Shown here one piece after another: positions 1-11,239 of a DNA stretch of 64,000 bases. The translations under genes and the position numbers were made by a program. The DNA comes from Amphiscolops sp. MND2022 (Eukaryota): NCBI GenBank assembly GCA_964187785.1, contig OZ076409.1, forward strand, positions 23,252,001 to 23,316,000, written 5' to 3'. The notes under the pieces were generated by a model that worked only from the letters and a program-made list of their open reading frames with translations, was not told the origin of the DNA and searched no databases. Position 1 is the first letter of the stretch. The number at the start of each line of letters is the position of its first letter.

Positions 1-88
1 AACACAGGTTTAGACCGTTGTTTCGGGTTTACCGTTTTTCCGGCATTGTGAGACTTCCTGATTTTTTTTGATGTCGCCAAAGGGTCCC

Positions 89-1712
89 TATCACAGTCCG
101 CGCCCGGACTGGATTGAAATAAAAGCAAACTAAAACTAATTTACGTCACCGCTTCGCCAATACGATTGAATCAGCCTCGTCTACGCATACCAGAAAATCA
201 TTCCGATTATCCGCCTATACTAATAGCTTACTAGAAGTCATTCCAATTTTCCGCCAATGTGACGTCACAGCGCTGGCAGCTAACTAGCTAAAGTTTAATT
301 CTAAATACTCGTCAGCATCACGTCAAACTAGTCAAAATCTCATTTCTGCCAAGAAAACTCGTCAACATGACGTTGACAAGTTTATGAAGCTTAAATTCTG
401 CCAAGAAAACGCGTCAACATGACGTTGACAAGTTTATGAAATTAGACGTAATTGAGTATTTTCCATCAAAATAGCTGTTTCAATCCATTCAAAATACCAA
501 ATTTACGTCCACTATAATGGCGGACTAAGTCTAATAAAAAGTTACGTCCACACTACGTCCCAAAGTTATGAAATTAGGCGTTTTAGTCAGTATTGAATTT
601 GAAAGAAGCCTTAGTTTAATACGGTAAAACTAATCGAAGCTAGAATATGAATCAACGTCAACACTACGTCGCAATTCAACTAACCAAGCCAAATTTTGAA
701 TCTACGTCAACGCTACGTCAACTAATATACTAGAGTTGAGAAAATACATTTCTACGTCAGTATTGCGTCGACTAAGATTGAATTCGAACGGAATATGGTA
801 TTTAGGCCAGGATTTTTCAGACTAACTAAAAATAAAAGTGTTTTAACAATATTTAAATTGGAGAGTAACAGTTCATTTTCAATTTGTGTTAATAAAGTGC
901 AGTCTAAGCAGGCTTTTAAAATGTATGATTTGATTACCTAATTTATTAAATTCATTGACTGTTTGACGTTGTCACGTCGTCTTCTATTGTTGCTCAAAGG
1001 TGTTGCTCTTAACTTTAATCAGATAAATAATTATCAATTGTTGATAGATTTAATTGTTTAGCCTCATGTAAATCAGTCACTCTCTTAGCATCACCAAATT
1101 GTCTAAATCAAGAAAATTAGTCATAATTTTCTTCAAGTGAAAATTCAAAAATCAGGTATTAGTTGTTCACGTCAGCGTCATCTCCTCGTCGGTTTCTTAC
1201 GAACCAAAGCAGTAAAACGGGGAAATATTTCCGGTTTGGCAGACTGAAGTAATATCTACTTCCTGCTTGGGAGGAACAAAAAGACGCCGGAATGAAATGA
1301 TATGATCATGGTTGATGACTAATACTAGATTAGAATTGCCGTGTCTTAAAAATTGACGAAATGCTAACGCAGATAAAACTTTTTCCGCAAAATTACTGGA
1401 AGTGACTAATATCTCGAAGGAAATTAAAGTACCCGAGTATGAACAGATGATGCTAGGAGGGTAAATATACCTTCTACCTGTAAAATTATTCATTCAATTT
1501 GTTATTCAACCTGCGTTTCAGTTTTGTTCCCAATTTTGATTGAATATCTACCTTTGTAAAACTCAAGACTCAAAATTTACATTTCAAATACATTGTTCAA
1601 AACAATCATATCTTCATCAAGATGTCAACTAGAGGTCGGAAAACAGTCCAGCAGGAGATTAGCAAAAAACACCCAAAATAGCCAAAGTAGCGATTGAACA
1701 TAGTTCGTAACA
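89..1712 (+). repeat. 5' LTR of the 5.2-kb element (TATCACAG...GTAACA)
   Basis: Near-identical to 3658-5305 apart from scattered substitutions and a 24-bp indel; ends in CA; rich in ACGTCA motifs. Confidence 0.85.
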
Positions 1713-1724
1713 TGGTGACACGAG
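1713..1724 (+). promoter_or_regulatory. Putative primer-binding site TGGTGACACGAG
   Basis: TGG (complement of tRNA CCA) immediately 3' of the LTR-terminal CA; cognate tRNA not identified. Confidence 0.55.
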
Positions 1725-1829
1725 TTTTGGACCTTTTAACAAATGTACCCAAGAACACCTCAGCATAAACTACCGTCCAAACATCGTCCCTCCACATTGT
1801 GGATGCTTTTCTCCCCGGAAATGAAAACA

Positions 1830-2240
1830 AACCTACACCAACCCAACGCCAAACTGTCAAAGAAACTTCGCGAACTCGTCAACCGTGAGAATCTTGACCC
1901 AAGACGCAGCTCCACCAAAAAACGATATTGGAATCACGAACAACATTTTCAAAGTGAAATTAACCCTTAAGAACGACAGCTTCGTCTACATACAAAGACT
2001 CGCCAGAACCCATCAATCTCATAGCAGACCTCACAGACGCACTTGCACCTATGCAGAAATACACGATAACTACGACCCTCCCATTCTTCAAACCCGCAAA
2101 CCCAATAATTGAGCAACGCAACCCAAACGGCAAATGGCGACTTGTTGACCTACTGATGATAAACGAGTTGAAATTCGACGACTGCAACAACAACAACTAT
2201 ACCGTCAGTACATCGTCTGATGCAGTCCAACACTTGTCGA
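1830..2240 (+). pseudogene. Frameshifted N-terminal fragment of a Gypsy reverse transcriptase
   Basis: Pieces in different frames: 'DIGITNNIFKVKLTLKND' and 'KYTITTTLPFFKPANPIIEQRNPNGKWRLVDL...INELKFDD...VSTSSDAVQHL' match the Gypsy RT start pattern (ASP..V.K..GK.RL.VD.R.IN); no YxDD follows. Confidence 0.7.
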
Positions 2241-2640
2241 GATCATCGATTACCACAGCACGTGGTTCCAAAAGCTGGCAACATGCTCTCTGGGTAATAC
2301 CAGAGACAGGTAAATTATTTCACATCCGTAAGTTTAAAAAAGTAGAATCTTCCTGATGCTGAGTTGTGCGTTAGAAAGATGACAATGGCATAGTCGCTGA
2401 AGCACACATTCCCGATGAGACGCGTCAGAAAATCTAAGCTGTGGAAATACTGATAGAATAGGCCACTATGTCAAAAGTATTAAACACAAAAGCTCAATGG
2501 AACGGGAAATGTAACAAACCTAAGGATCGTTGAATAACCAGCGCGCCGGCGTCACTAATACGCACATCTCCCTCAGAGCACAAAAATGAGCCTTATTATC
2601 ACTTTGCACAACATGGTCTTTTAAGACCAAATTGATCTGA

Positions 2641-2880
2641 AAATGACCGGGTTATAACAGCCCATATACAAAGACGACGCAAGATTGACGTCGCAAATTA
2701 CCGGGTTATAACAGCCCATTTACAAGGACGACGCAGGATTGACGTCGCAAATGACCGGGTTATAACAGCCCATTTACAAAGACGATGCAAGATTGACGTC
2801 GCAAATGACCGGGTTATAACAACACAATATAAAGAAAGACGCAAGATTGACGTCATAAATGACCAGGGTTAAAACAGCCC
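2641..2880. repeat. Minisatellite, ~55-bp unit x ~4.5 (AAATGACCGGGTTATAACAGCCCATTTACAAAGACGACGCAAGATTGACGTCGC)
   Basis: Directly visible tandem copies inside the 5.2-kb element. Confidence 0.9.
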
Positions 2881-3657
2881 AATACTGATACGACGTCATT
2901 ATGACGTCGACAGTGATCAAAAATAATAATAATAATAATAAAAAAAATAACAAATAAAATTCAAGTTGACTAATAGCTAACGAAATTGACGTGCGCAAAA
3001 CGTTGACAACTTTGGTCAAACGAATTAGTTTAATTCGTGGCCAATAAAAACGTGACGTTGGCAAAACGTCAACACCTTGGACTACAAAGGAATTGAAAGA
3101 CAGCTTCTACCTTCTCCAAAAACAGTGCTATACCGAACTACAGAGTGGTCCGGAAATGTCACATTCCTCTAGGAAAGCATACAACCAAAACAATCCTCTC
3201 TTCAGTTTCGACAACCCCACGAGATATCTTCGTCCCAGGAGAGTGGCCCTGTCACAGTCCGCGCCCGGCCTGGATTGTGGTTGCCAAGAGGCGCAGTTTG
3301 GCCGTGATCATGGATGCATTATGAAAACAGTTAGACTATATTATTAAACTGAAGTAAACTGTGACAAGTTAAAATCATCAAAATCTAAAGTATGAATGAA
3401 TTCATAACTTAATAAATTCCGAAATTATATCATACATTTCCTGTCAAACGTAGTGATGACGGTAGACTTTTAATCATTTTGCTGCGAAATACAACCGTGA
3501 CATATCATTGCCGCAAAAAGAATGAAACTACGTCAACATTTGGGGCTAAAGGAAACAAAAACAATTTGATAATCAATTAATTGACGGGAAAAACTTCCCC
3601 AACATCCTCTCTTATTTTATCAAGCCCCGAGTACCATTCGTCCTATGACAGTGGCCC

Positions 3658-5305
3658 TATCACAGTCCGCGCCCGGACTGGATTGAAATAAAAGCAAACT
3701 AAAACTAATTTACGTCACCGCTTCGCCAATACGATTGAATTTGCGTCGCGACTACGCTACGTCACAGCCTCGTCTACGCATACCAGAAAATCATTCCGAT
3801 TATCCGCCTATACTAATAGCTTACTAGAAATCATTCCAATTTTCCGCCAATGTGACGTCACAGCGCTGGCAGCTAACTAGCTAAAGTTTAATTCTAAATA
3901 CTCGTCAGCATCACGTCAAACTAGTCAAAATCTCATTTCTGCCAAGAAAACTCGTCAACATGACGTTGACAAGTTTATGAAGCTTAAATTCTGCCAAGAA
4001 AACGCGTCAACATGACGTTGACAAGTTTATGAAATTAGACGTAATTGAGTATTTTCCATCAAAATAGCTGTTTCATTCCATTCAAAATACCAAATTTACG
4101 TCCACTATAATGGCGGACTAAGTCTAATAAAAAGTTACGTCCACACTACGTCCCAAAGTTATGAAATTAGGCGTTTTAGTCAGTATTGAAATTAAAAGAA
4201 GCCTTAGTTTAATACGGTAAAACTAATCGAAGCTAGAATATGAATCAACGTCAACACTACGTCGCAATTCAACTAACCAAGCCAAATTTTGAATCTACGT
4301 CAACGCTACGTCAACTAATATACTAGAGTTGAGAAAACACATTTCTACGTCAGTATTGCGTCGACTAAGATTGAATTCGAACGGAACATGGTATTTAGGC
4401 CAGGATTTTTCAGACTAACTAAAAATAAGAGTGTTTTAACACTATTTAAATTGGAGAGTAACAGTTCATTTTCAATTTGTGTTAATAAAGTGCAGTCTCA
4501 GCAGGCTTTTTAAATGTATGATTTGATTACCTAATTTAATAATTTCATTGACTGTTTGACGTTGTCACGTCGTCTTCTATTGTTGCTCAAAGGTGTTGCT
4601 CTTAACTTTAATCAGATAAATAATTATCAATTGTTGATAGATTTAATTGTTTAGCCTCATGTAAATCAGTCACTCTCTTAGCATCACCAAATTGTCTAAA
4701 TCAAGAAAATTAGTCATAATTTTCTTCAAGTGAAAATTCAAAAATCAGGTATTAGTTGTTCACGTCAGCGTCATCTCCGCGTCGGTTTCTTACGAACCAA
4801 AGCAGTAAAACGGGGAAATATTTCCGGTTTGGCAGACTGAAGTAATATCTACTTCCTGCTTGGGAGGACACAAAAGGACGCCGGAATGAAATGATATGAT
4901 CATGGTTGATGACTAATACTAGATTAGAATTGCCATGTCTTAAAAATTGAGGAAATGCTATCGCAGATAAAATTTTTGCCGCAAAATTACTGGAAGTGAC
5001 TAATATCTCGATGGAAATTAAAGTACGCGAGTATAAACAGATGATGCTAGGAGGGTATATATACCTTGTACCTGTAAAATTATTCATTCAATTTGTTATT
5101 CAACCTGCGTTTCAGTTTTGTTCCCGATTTCGATTGAATATCTACCTTTGTAAAACTCAAAACTCAAAATTTACATTTCAAATACATTGTTCAAAACAGT
5201 TATATCTTCACCAAGATGTCAACTAGAGGTCGGAAAACAGTCCAGCAGGAGATTAGCAAAAACACCCAAAATAGCCAAAGTAGCGATCGAACATAGTTCG
5301 TAACA
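3658..5305 (+). repeat. 3' LTR of the 5.2-kb element
   Basis: Copy of 89-1712 with 24 extra bp at ~3741-3764; followed by TSD GTCCC. Confidence 0.85.
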
Positions 5306-5660
5306 GTCCCCTGTTTGGTTATGTTGATTTTCTGCAGCCAACTGTATAATTAAAAAAGCCCAAACAGTCCCCTCTTTTGCGTTTTTCGGCACTGAGACTT
5401 TCAAAATTCTCTTTTGTCAGAAATTAGACTTTCTCAAAACACATCCACCTATACATTCTCAATACAATCTAAATTTTTTTGTTATTACTGATGTAAGTTG
5501 CGTTTCGCTAAAGATGAGGACGAGGTTCGAAAATGTTGCTTTATATCAGAATTTGTGATGCTATATCAGAGCTATGTTGTGTTTTACTAAGGAGGAGGCG
5601 GGCTTTTGCTCTTTTGAACCTTGAGCGGGGCGCCGATTTCGGCCGTTCCCGGCTTGTTGA
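5306..5660 (-). mobile_element. Degenerate copy of the interspersed HINE-like family (with 1-88), split by the 5.2-kb LTR element
   Basis: Ends GGCGCCGATTTCGGCCGTTCCCGGCTTGTT, nearly the reverse complement of the 9227 terminus; shares the 'TTTTCGGCAC..GAGACT' and 'AAAGGGTCCC' motifs with 1-88. Confidence 0.55.
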
Positions 5661-6279
5661 AACTTGAGCGGTCACCGTCTCAGGCCGGTCCCCTCTTGTA
5701 ATTCAACGCATTCGTTAACGAAAATGAGTCTTACAGACTAGCTAGTTTTCTTTCTGCAAACTACAAATGTGAATAGTCCGCTTTTTACCCATGTTGGCAT
5801 AGTTTTGATTATGCTCTGACCAATTATTGGAGTAAAATAAAATTACCGATTTTACTAGGTCCTAAAATCGGTAAATTACGGTATCAAGTCTCGACGACTG
5901 AAGTGTACGGTATTTTTGAGGTATTGACAGTCGTGATAGTTCAATTTGTTGAAACTTTTTTGCCCAATTTTTCAAAAAGTATATGTTTGTGCTCGGCTGA
6001 AATCCCGAGGATCAATTTCAGCCGGGCACAAGTAGATTTTGTTACGTCGGGATCTGTTTTTGCAGCATCAACTCAATTTGAGAAATTAATAGTGCAATAA
6101 TTGGAGTTATTGTTCGAAATAAGTTTTTCAGGTTTATATTTCTTCTCCGCTACTTCTGCTCCTTCGTCAATTGTGGCTCCTTTCAGGAAGCTGCTGATTT
6201 TATTAGGAATTAGTGACTTCATAGGCAATTAGGGTTCTTTTCTGTCCCAAACCGCCCCCCCCCCAAATCTTGAAACAAA

Positions 6280-6723
6280 ATATCTCAAATACAAACCACA
6301 AAGCTTCAAATTTACATTTATTAATAGTGTGACAATTGAAAATTCAGATACAAACTTTGTTCACACTTTTTCAATATGTAGTCACGCATTTTTGATGAAG
6401 AAATCAACAGCTTCCTGTTTTAAGTCATCAATAAACACTTAATACGAGCATAAGTATAGTCAAAATGTGTGAACAATTGTTCACATTAATGTTTTGTTCA
6501 AGCAAAAAACTTCTAATAGACGTTAACTTCCCGTTATGGAAGATGGTTTTACTTTTAATTAGGCTAGTCTGAAATTTTCAGGGAAATTTACTTTCAAAAA
6601 TTTTGGTGGTGGTGGGGGTGGGGAACAGAAAAGTGTGAACAAAGTTTGTAGTTCAATTCTAAACTGTCACACAGGCAATAAATTTAAAATTGAAAGTTTT
6701 TTGTACAAATAAGATGGAGATAT
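6280..6723. mobile_element. Foldback/MITE-like element with long imperfect inverted repeats
   Basis: Perfect 22-bp IR TACAAACTTTGTTCACACTTTT (6349-6370) / AAAAGTGTGAACAAAGTTTGTA (6629-6650), extended outward by GTGTGACA/TGTCACAC and further imperfect matches. Confidence 0.55.
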
Positions 6724-7774
6724 CGCTGAGAGCAGAGGGTGCAATTTCATGGGTGTTCACTAAGAATTGTAGAATCTGAATTTGGTTCATCCATTCTTGA
6801 GGAATTGGAAAAATTTTCCCAAGTGATTGAATCGCAAAAAAAAACAAACATGCACTGCTGACAAAGAATATGTCTATGGTCTATCAAAACTCAGATTTTT
6901 GGAATCATTTGACAGAATTCAAACACTTTTTCCAACATTAACTTTTTTGTCCTTTTTTGTTCTTTTGGTTATATTTGAGATTTTCTTTGATGTCAGAACG
7001 AAATTTTTTCTCGCTTTCAATTGACTTTTTTGAATTTTGAGTGAATTGTGATCATGACTCCTCGAAACTTTATCGAGATTTGTTCTGAAAAGTCAAAAGT
7101 GTGACTCATCTATGAGCACAAACAGCTCAAATTTCAACCGTGCACAAATACAGAAACGGCCAGCCCACTTAAATTTGTGCTTTTTCAAACGGACCGCTAG
7201 CTGAGAAAATTCAACTTTCGGCAAAATTATTCTTCAAACAGCTCCAAGCAACAATGGACTCGATGGTAAAAAGTCATCGATGTGTGAAATATTAATGACG
7301 TCATTCAGGTTGTCATTGAAGTGAAATTATTTTTACTCATTTTCTCAAATTGGATTTGACGAACGATCGCAGTCTCAGAATACACACCCAAAACCCTTAT
7401 TGAAAGGTTGGCGTTTTTTATCTACTTCTATTTATCTACTTTGACTCAATTTCTTCGCAACTCTTGACTGCTACCAGAAAATCTATCCTTCGTTAGAGAA
7501 ACTATTTTCATAGGTTTGTTTGGGAGTTTTTTGAAAATTAGATTCATGTTCTGAGAACTCACAAATTTCCATTCTGCAACCCCCGCACCGTCGAAATTTG
7601 TTATGGTAAAATTCCAAAAAGTTAAATTAAAAGTGGTCCAATTAAAAGTGAAATTTATTCCATAACCGGAAAACCTTTTGAAAGAGTTTTTCGTTTGTAT
7701 TATGATGTGTCATACGGTTCATCCGATCAAAATGACCTTTACCGAAACTCGGTCGCAGTCTACCTGCTTGTGTA

Positions 7775-8600
7775 GGTCAACAAAAACTATAGATATGAAA
7801 CTGTTGAATGGAAAAGACGTTACGGTGAACGGATGGACAGGAAAAGAACAGGCTATACAATAAAATTTTATATGGGGAGTGAGACCCGAAGCCCTGTACC
7901 AAATAACTAGAGCCGAATATAAAACAAAACCGGATAGTATAAAAATGAAAGACCTGATACGGTTGTTCACCGAATACTTCTTAAGGCAATACTTACCACA
8001 ACCGAGATTTCTTTTGGGCTAAACAAGCCGAAGATGAGACACCGGAAGAATTTTGGCGAAGACTAATCGAAATCGAAAAAGATTGCAATTTCAACACAAT
8101 CTCCGCCGAAGAACTGCTGATATCAAAATATATGACAGCAATCACCGACAAGAAATTACTAACAAGATAATGAAAGAAAAAGCCCTGGAATTGAAGCAGA
8201 CTATCGAATTGATTAAACAAAACACGTATGAGACGAAGAACAAAACGAAACATAATACCGAAAGCACTAATTACGATAAAGGAACGGCAGACAATGAAAG
8301 GCGAACCGACACAAAGAATGGAAACATTCGGGGCGAGACGAAAAAGCAGATATACCGGAAATAACGAAAACACCGGAAACTGACCATGTAGATACTGCAA
8401 TGCACCAAACTGGAGTCCCATACACAAATGTTCTGCACAGTAATCCGATTGTAACGAATGCGGTAAGAAAGGACACCATGCAAGAGCGTGTAGACAAAGA
8501 ATGAATAACAGCCGAACACTGAGAAATCTAACCGAGAACGAAGAAACGAGTGAGTGAATCGAACGAATCAATGAGGGAATCGGATGAGAGTATAAACTGT
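7775..8600 (+). pseudogene. Degenerate gag remnant of another LTR retrotransposon
   Basis: Frameshifted reading 'PEALYQITRAEY...DLIRLFTEYF / DFFWAKQAEDETPEEFWRRLIEIEKDCNF' (capsid MHR-like) and CCHC knuckle CNECGKKGHHARAC at 8450-8491. Confidence 0.75.
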
Positions 8601-9226
8601 TTGGAAAGACTCAAACCGTTCGAGAGTATAAACAAAAATTTGAAAGACTCAAAAAAGGAAATTAATTTCCTAATCAAAAATGCGTGACTTTATAGAGAAA
8701 AATAGCGTGAACACAGTTTGTCTCTGGATCCTAAACTGCCACCCTGAGAATATTCAAATTCAAAGGTTTCTTCTTTGTTTTTACGTTTTCAAGTCAATTT
8801 AAAAAAAATAAATCCATGATGGTGGAAAAACAGAAAAAGAACCTTTTTTTTCTTTGCTTAAGAAAAAATGTTGCGAAATCTCTAGAAAAAATATAAGTCG
8901 CAACTTTGTCCTTCTGCTAATGATGGATGAGAATTGGCCCATCAATTTCCCTAACATACTTTGTTTCTACCCAAACCTAATGTAGCCACACTTTATCATG
9001 AGTGGTTAGACCTTTACCACAGTGAACTATTAATTGCTCCAGAAAATTATTGTCTTAACAGTGAAAAAATTTGGGCTCTTTTTTATTCCCAAACCCGCCC
9101 CCTTGAGAATTTATGCATCAAAGTAACCCTCAAAGAAAAAAATACTATTTGATGAAAACACATTTTCATATTTAGCAAACTTTGTCGAAAGTTGCTTTCA
9201 GGAAAATAGTACACCTTTTAAATAGG

Positions 9227-9754
9227 AACAAGCCGGGAACGGCCCAAGTCGGCGCCATATCTAAGGCTCAAAAAGACGAAAACCACTTTTTCTACAACTG
9301 GAGACAACAAAAGCTCTCGAAAAACTAAAAATTGAGAAAAAAAATTTTCTGAATTTTTTTCGGAATTTTTTCGAAGTTTTCGGTAAGTCGCATAGTGCCG
9401 AAAAATGTAAAAGGGGGACGCTTTGGGATTTTTTGAACATCCATTCTGTTGCAAAATAATATCAAAATTGATGGGAGGAACAATTTAAAAAATTTCGGAA
9501 AAAAATCAGTCTCACAGTGCCGAAAAAAGGAGGAAAGTCTCATAGTGTCGAAAAAAGTGGACCCTTCTGCTGTGGAATGGCTTTTTATCTCATGTTAGAG
9601 GCTTTGGATGCGTTGAAAATGAAGTACTAAGTACATATGGTGAAAGTTGGTAAATGTGCATTAATGCACAAAAAGTGGACCTTACACGTTGAACTGACGA
9701 AAAAAAACTAGCCACTGTAGAGTCGGGATTTTCTTCGAAAACGCCGACTAAAAA
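9227..9754 (+). mobile_element. Non-autonomous interspersed element, Helentron-associated (HINE/DINE-1-like) architecture
   Basis: Starts AACAAG; subterminal IR AGTCGGCG (9247-9254) / CGCCGACT (9742-9749); terminal stem-loop AGTCGG...CCGACT then an A-run; related ends at ~5630-5660, ~34337-34365 and ~38800-38831. Confidence 0.55.
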
Positions 9755-9796
9755 CACTTTTGTAGTGTTATAGTTCCAGATTTTTTTGTGATTTAG

Positions 9797-10019
9797 ATGA
9801 GTCAGGTAATGAGACGAAAACTTCTCTCAGTGATACAGTCTGATGACGTCACCGATGGAAGTGGCGGGAAAAGAGACTCAACGAGCAAAAGTGTGCAAGT
9901 GGACTGTGGCACTGTGACCAAAGTGCTCTTCTCCAGAAAGTGGCAGCGTCTCTTTCTTTACATCATCGTGCTGTTTGGTTTTGTCTCCATTCTTGGGCTG
10001 GCAACGATTGCTAACTTGG
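9797..10019 (+). CDS. Putative first coding exon of a host gene (cytoplasmic N-terminus plus signal-anchor)
   Basis: Preceded by ...GATTTAG acceptor; reads MSQVMRRK...RLFLYIIVLFGFVSILGLATIANL (TM helix); phase-1 donor G|GTTGGT at 10019/10020 matches the phase of the exon at 33439. Confidence 0.5.
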
Positions 10020-10699
10020 GTTGGTGACTTTTCATAGGATGATCAAATTACAGTGATAATGATTATGGTCCAAGATTCTTTTACTTTAAGGAGCCTACCC
10101 TACCTTCAGAGAAACACTTGAACTATTTTAAATATTTCTGTTTTAAATCTGTAACGTTTTAGTTACTGTGAATTTTTTCAAGTAAAGAAACCTGGCTTCA
10201 GCTAAGATGCATTTTTTGTTCGAGGTAAAACTATTCACTTCAGGAACAAGCTAACACAGAAAACCGGTTTAAGTGAATCATTGTATAAAAAATTTCTAAC
10301 ACCATTCATATGAAATTCTTTGAGGAATAAATATCGACAAAATGTCTTTATTCGACTTTTCTCATCGAACGACAACTGAAACAGGCTCAAGCGCGAGAGA
10401 AGAATTGTTATTGAGAATTTTAAGCTTTTGATGACGGGCATCTCCTCTGTGTCTTTTTATAATATTCGTCCCATGAATCAGCATTGTCCAGAGTCGCAGA
10501 TACATAACAAAGTAGAGTTGTTTTCATCGAACTGGTTCTTGAAGTACGTCCACATTTTGCTGACACATCTCTCCTTTAGACACGTTGTTTCACGAATCAT
10601 AATAGAATTGTCAATTTGTTCAAAATTTGGTTTACTGCAACTTCTTTTAGTTTGAGGGATTTTCATTTTGCATTTAGTGGGCCTACCTCCGCTGCTACT

Positions 10700-11000
10700 T
10701 GTTCTGGTAGGTGTAAACATTGTGTTTACACTGTCTCTTTTTGGGATTGGCAAGAAAAAGGAAATGTAGTTCATCTGTTCAAACAATGGAAATAATAAAA
10801 AGTTCAGAAGCCTTAAATTTTTGACAGCTCGTCTGATTCTTGCCAATTGTCCAATTTATCGATTTCTTTTGGAGCCTTTGCAGAGCGAGCAGTCATGATT
10901 TTTGACAATTTACCGCAACAAATACTGTCTTCGACACCAGAAAGCACCAGCGACTTGTATAAGCCAACTTTGATGTCTTCTGGCATTGAAGACAACGTGT
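10700..11000 (-). pseudogene. Highly degenerate 3' fragment of a non-LTR (CR1/L2-like) ORF2
   Basis: 'LYKSLVLS' and 'LRLLNFLLFPLFEQMNYISFF' resemble the post-RT region of CR1/L2 proteins; frameshifted. Confidence 0.35.
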
Positions 11001-11239
11001 AGTCTCACAGCGACTAGAACAAGTGTTTTGACTCTTCTGTTGTCATGGATGGACCAATTGAGTTTTTTTGACAATGATGCTCAGGCTTTTTCCTATCTTC
11101 TCGAGCCTCAAAGCTGCTATTACCAATGTCGAAATTAGTTGAAAGCGTGAGAGTATGGTACCACTGACCATTGTTCTACATTTCACTTGACTACAAATCT
11201 TTAAATTGGCAATGATGTTTCAGAAAAAGTATCCGGTCT

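Larger units (their letters stand above)
89..5305 (+). mobile_element. Internally deleted (non-autonomous) Ty3/Gypsy LTR retroelement, 5.2 kb, with ~1.6-kb LTRs
   Basis: Long direct repeats 89-1712 and 3658-5305; GTCCC on both sides (84-88, 5306-5310) = 5-bp TSD; TGG-starting PBS-like site directly after the first repeat (1713); degenerate RT fragment inside. Confidence 0.85.

Noticed and set aside
1197..1493. ORF duplicated at 4752-5087
   Set aside because: Lies within the LTR copies, and a frameshift differs between them.
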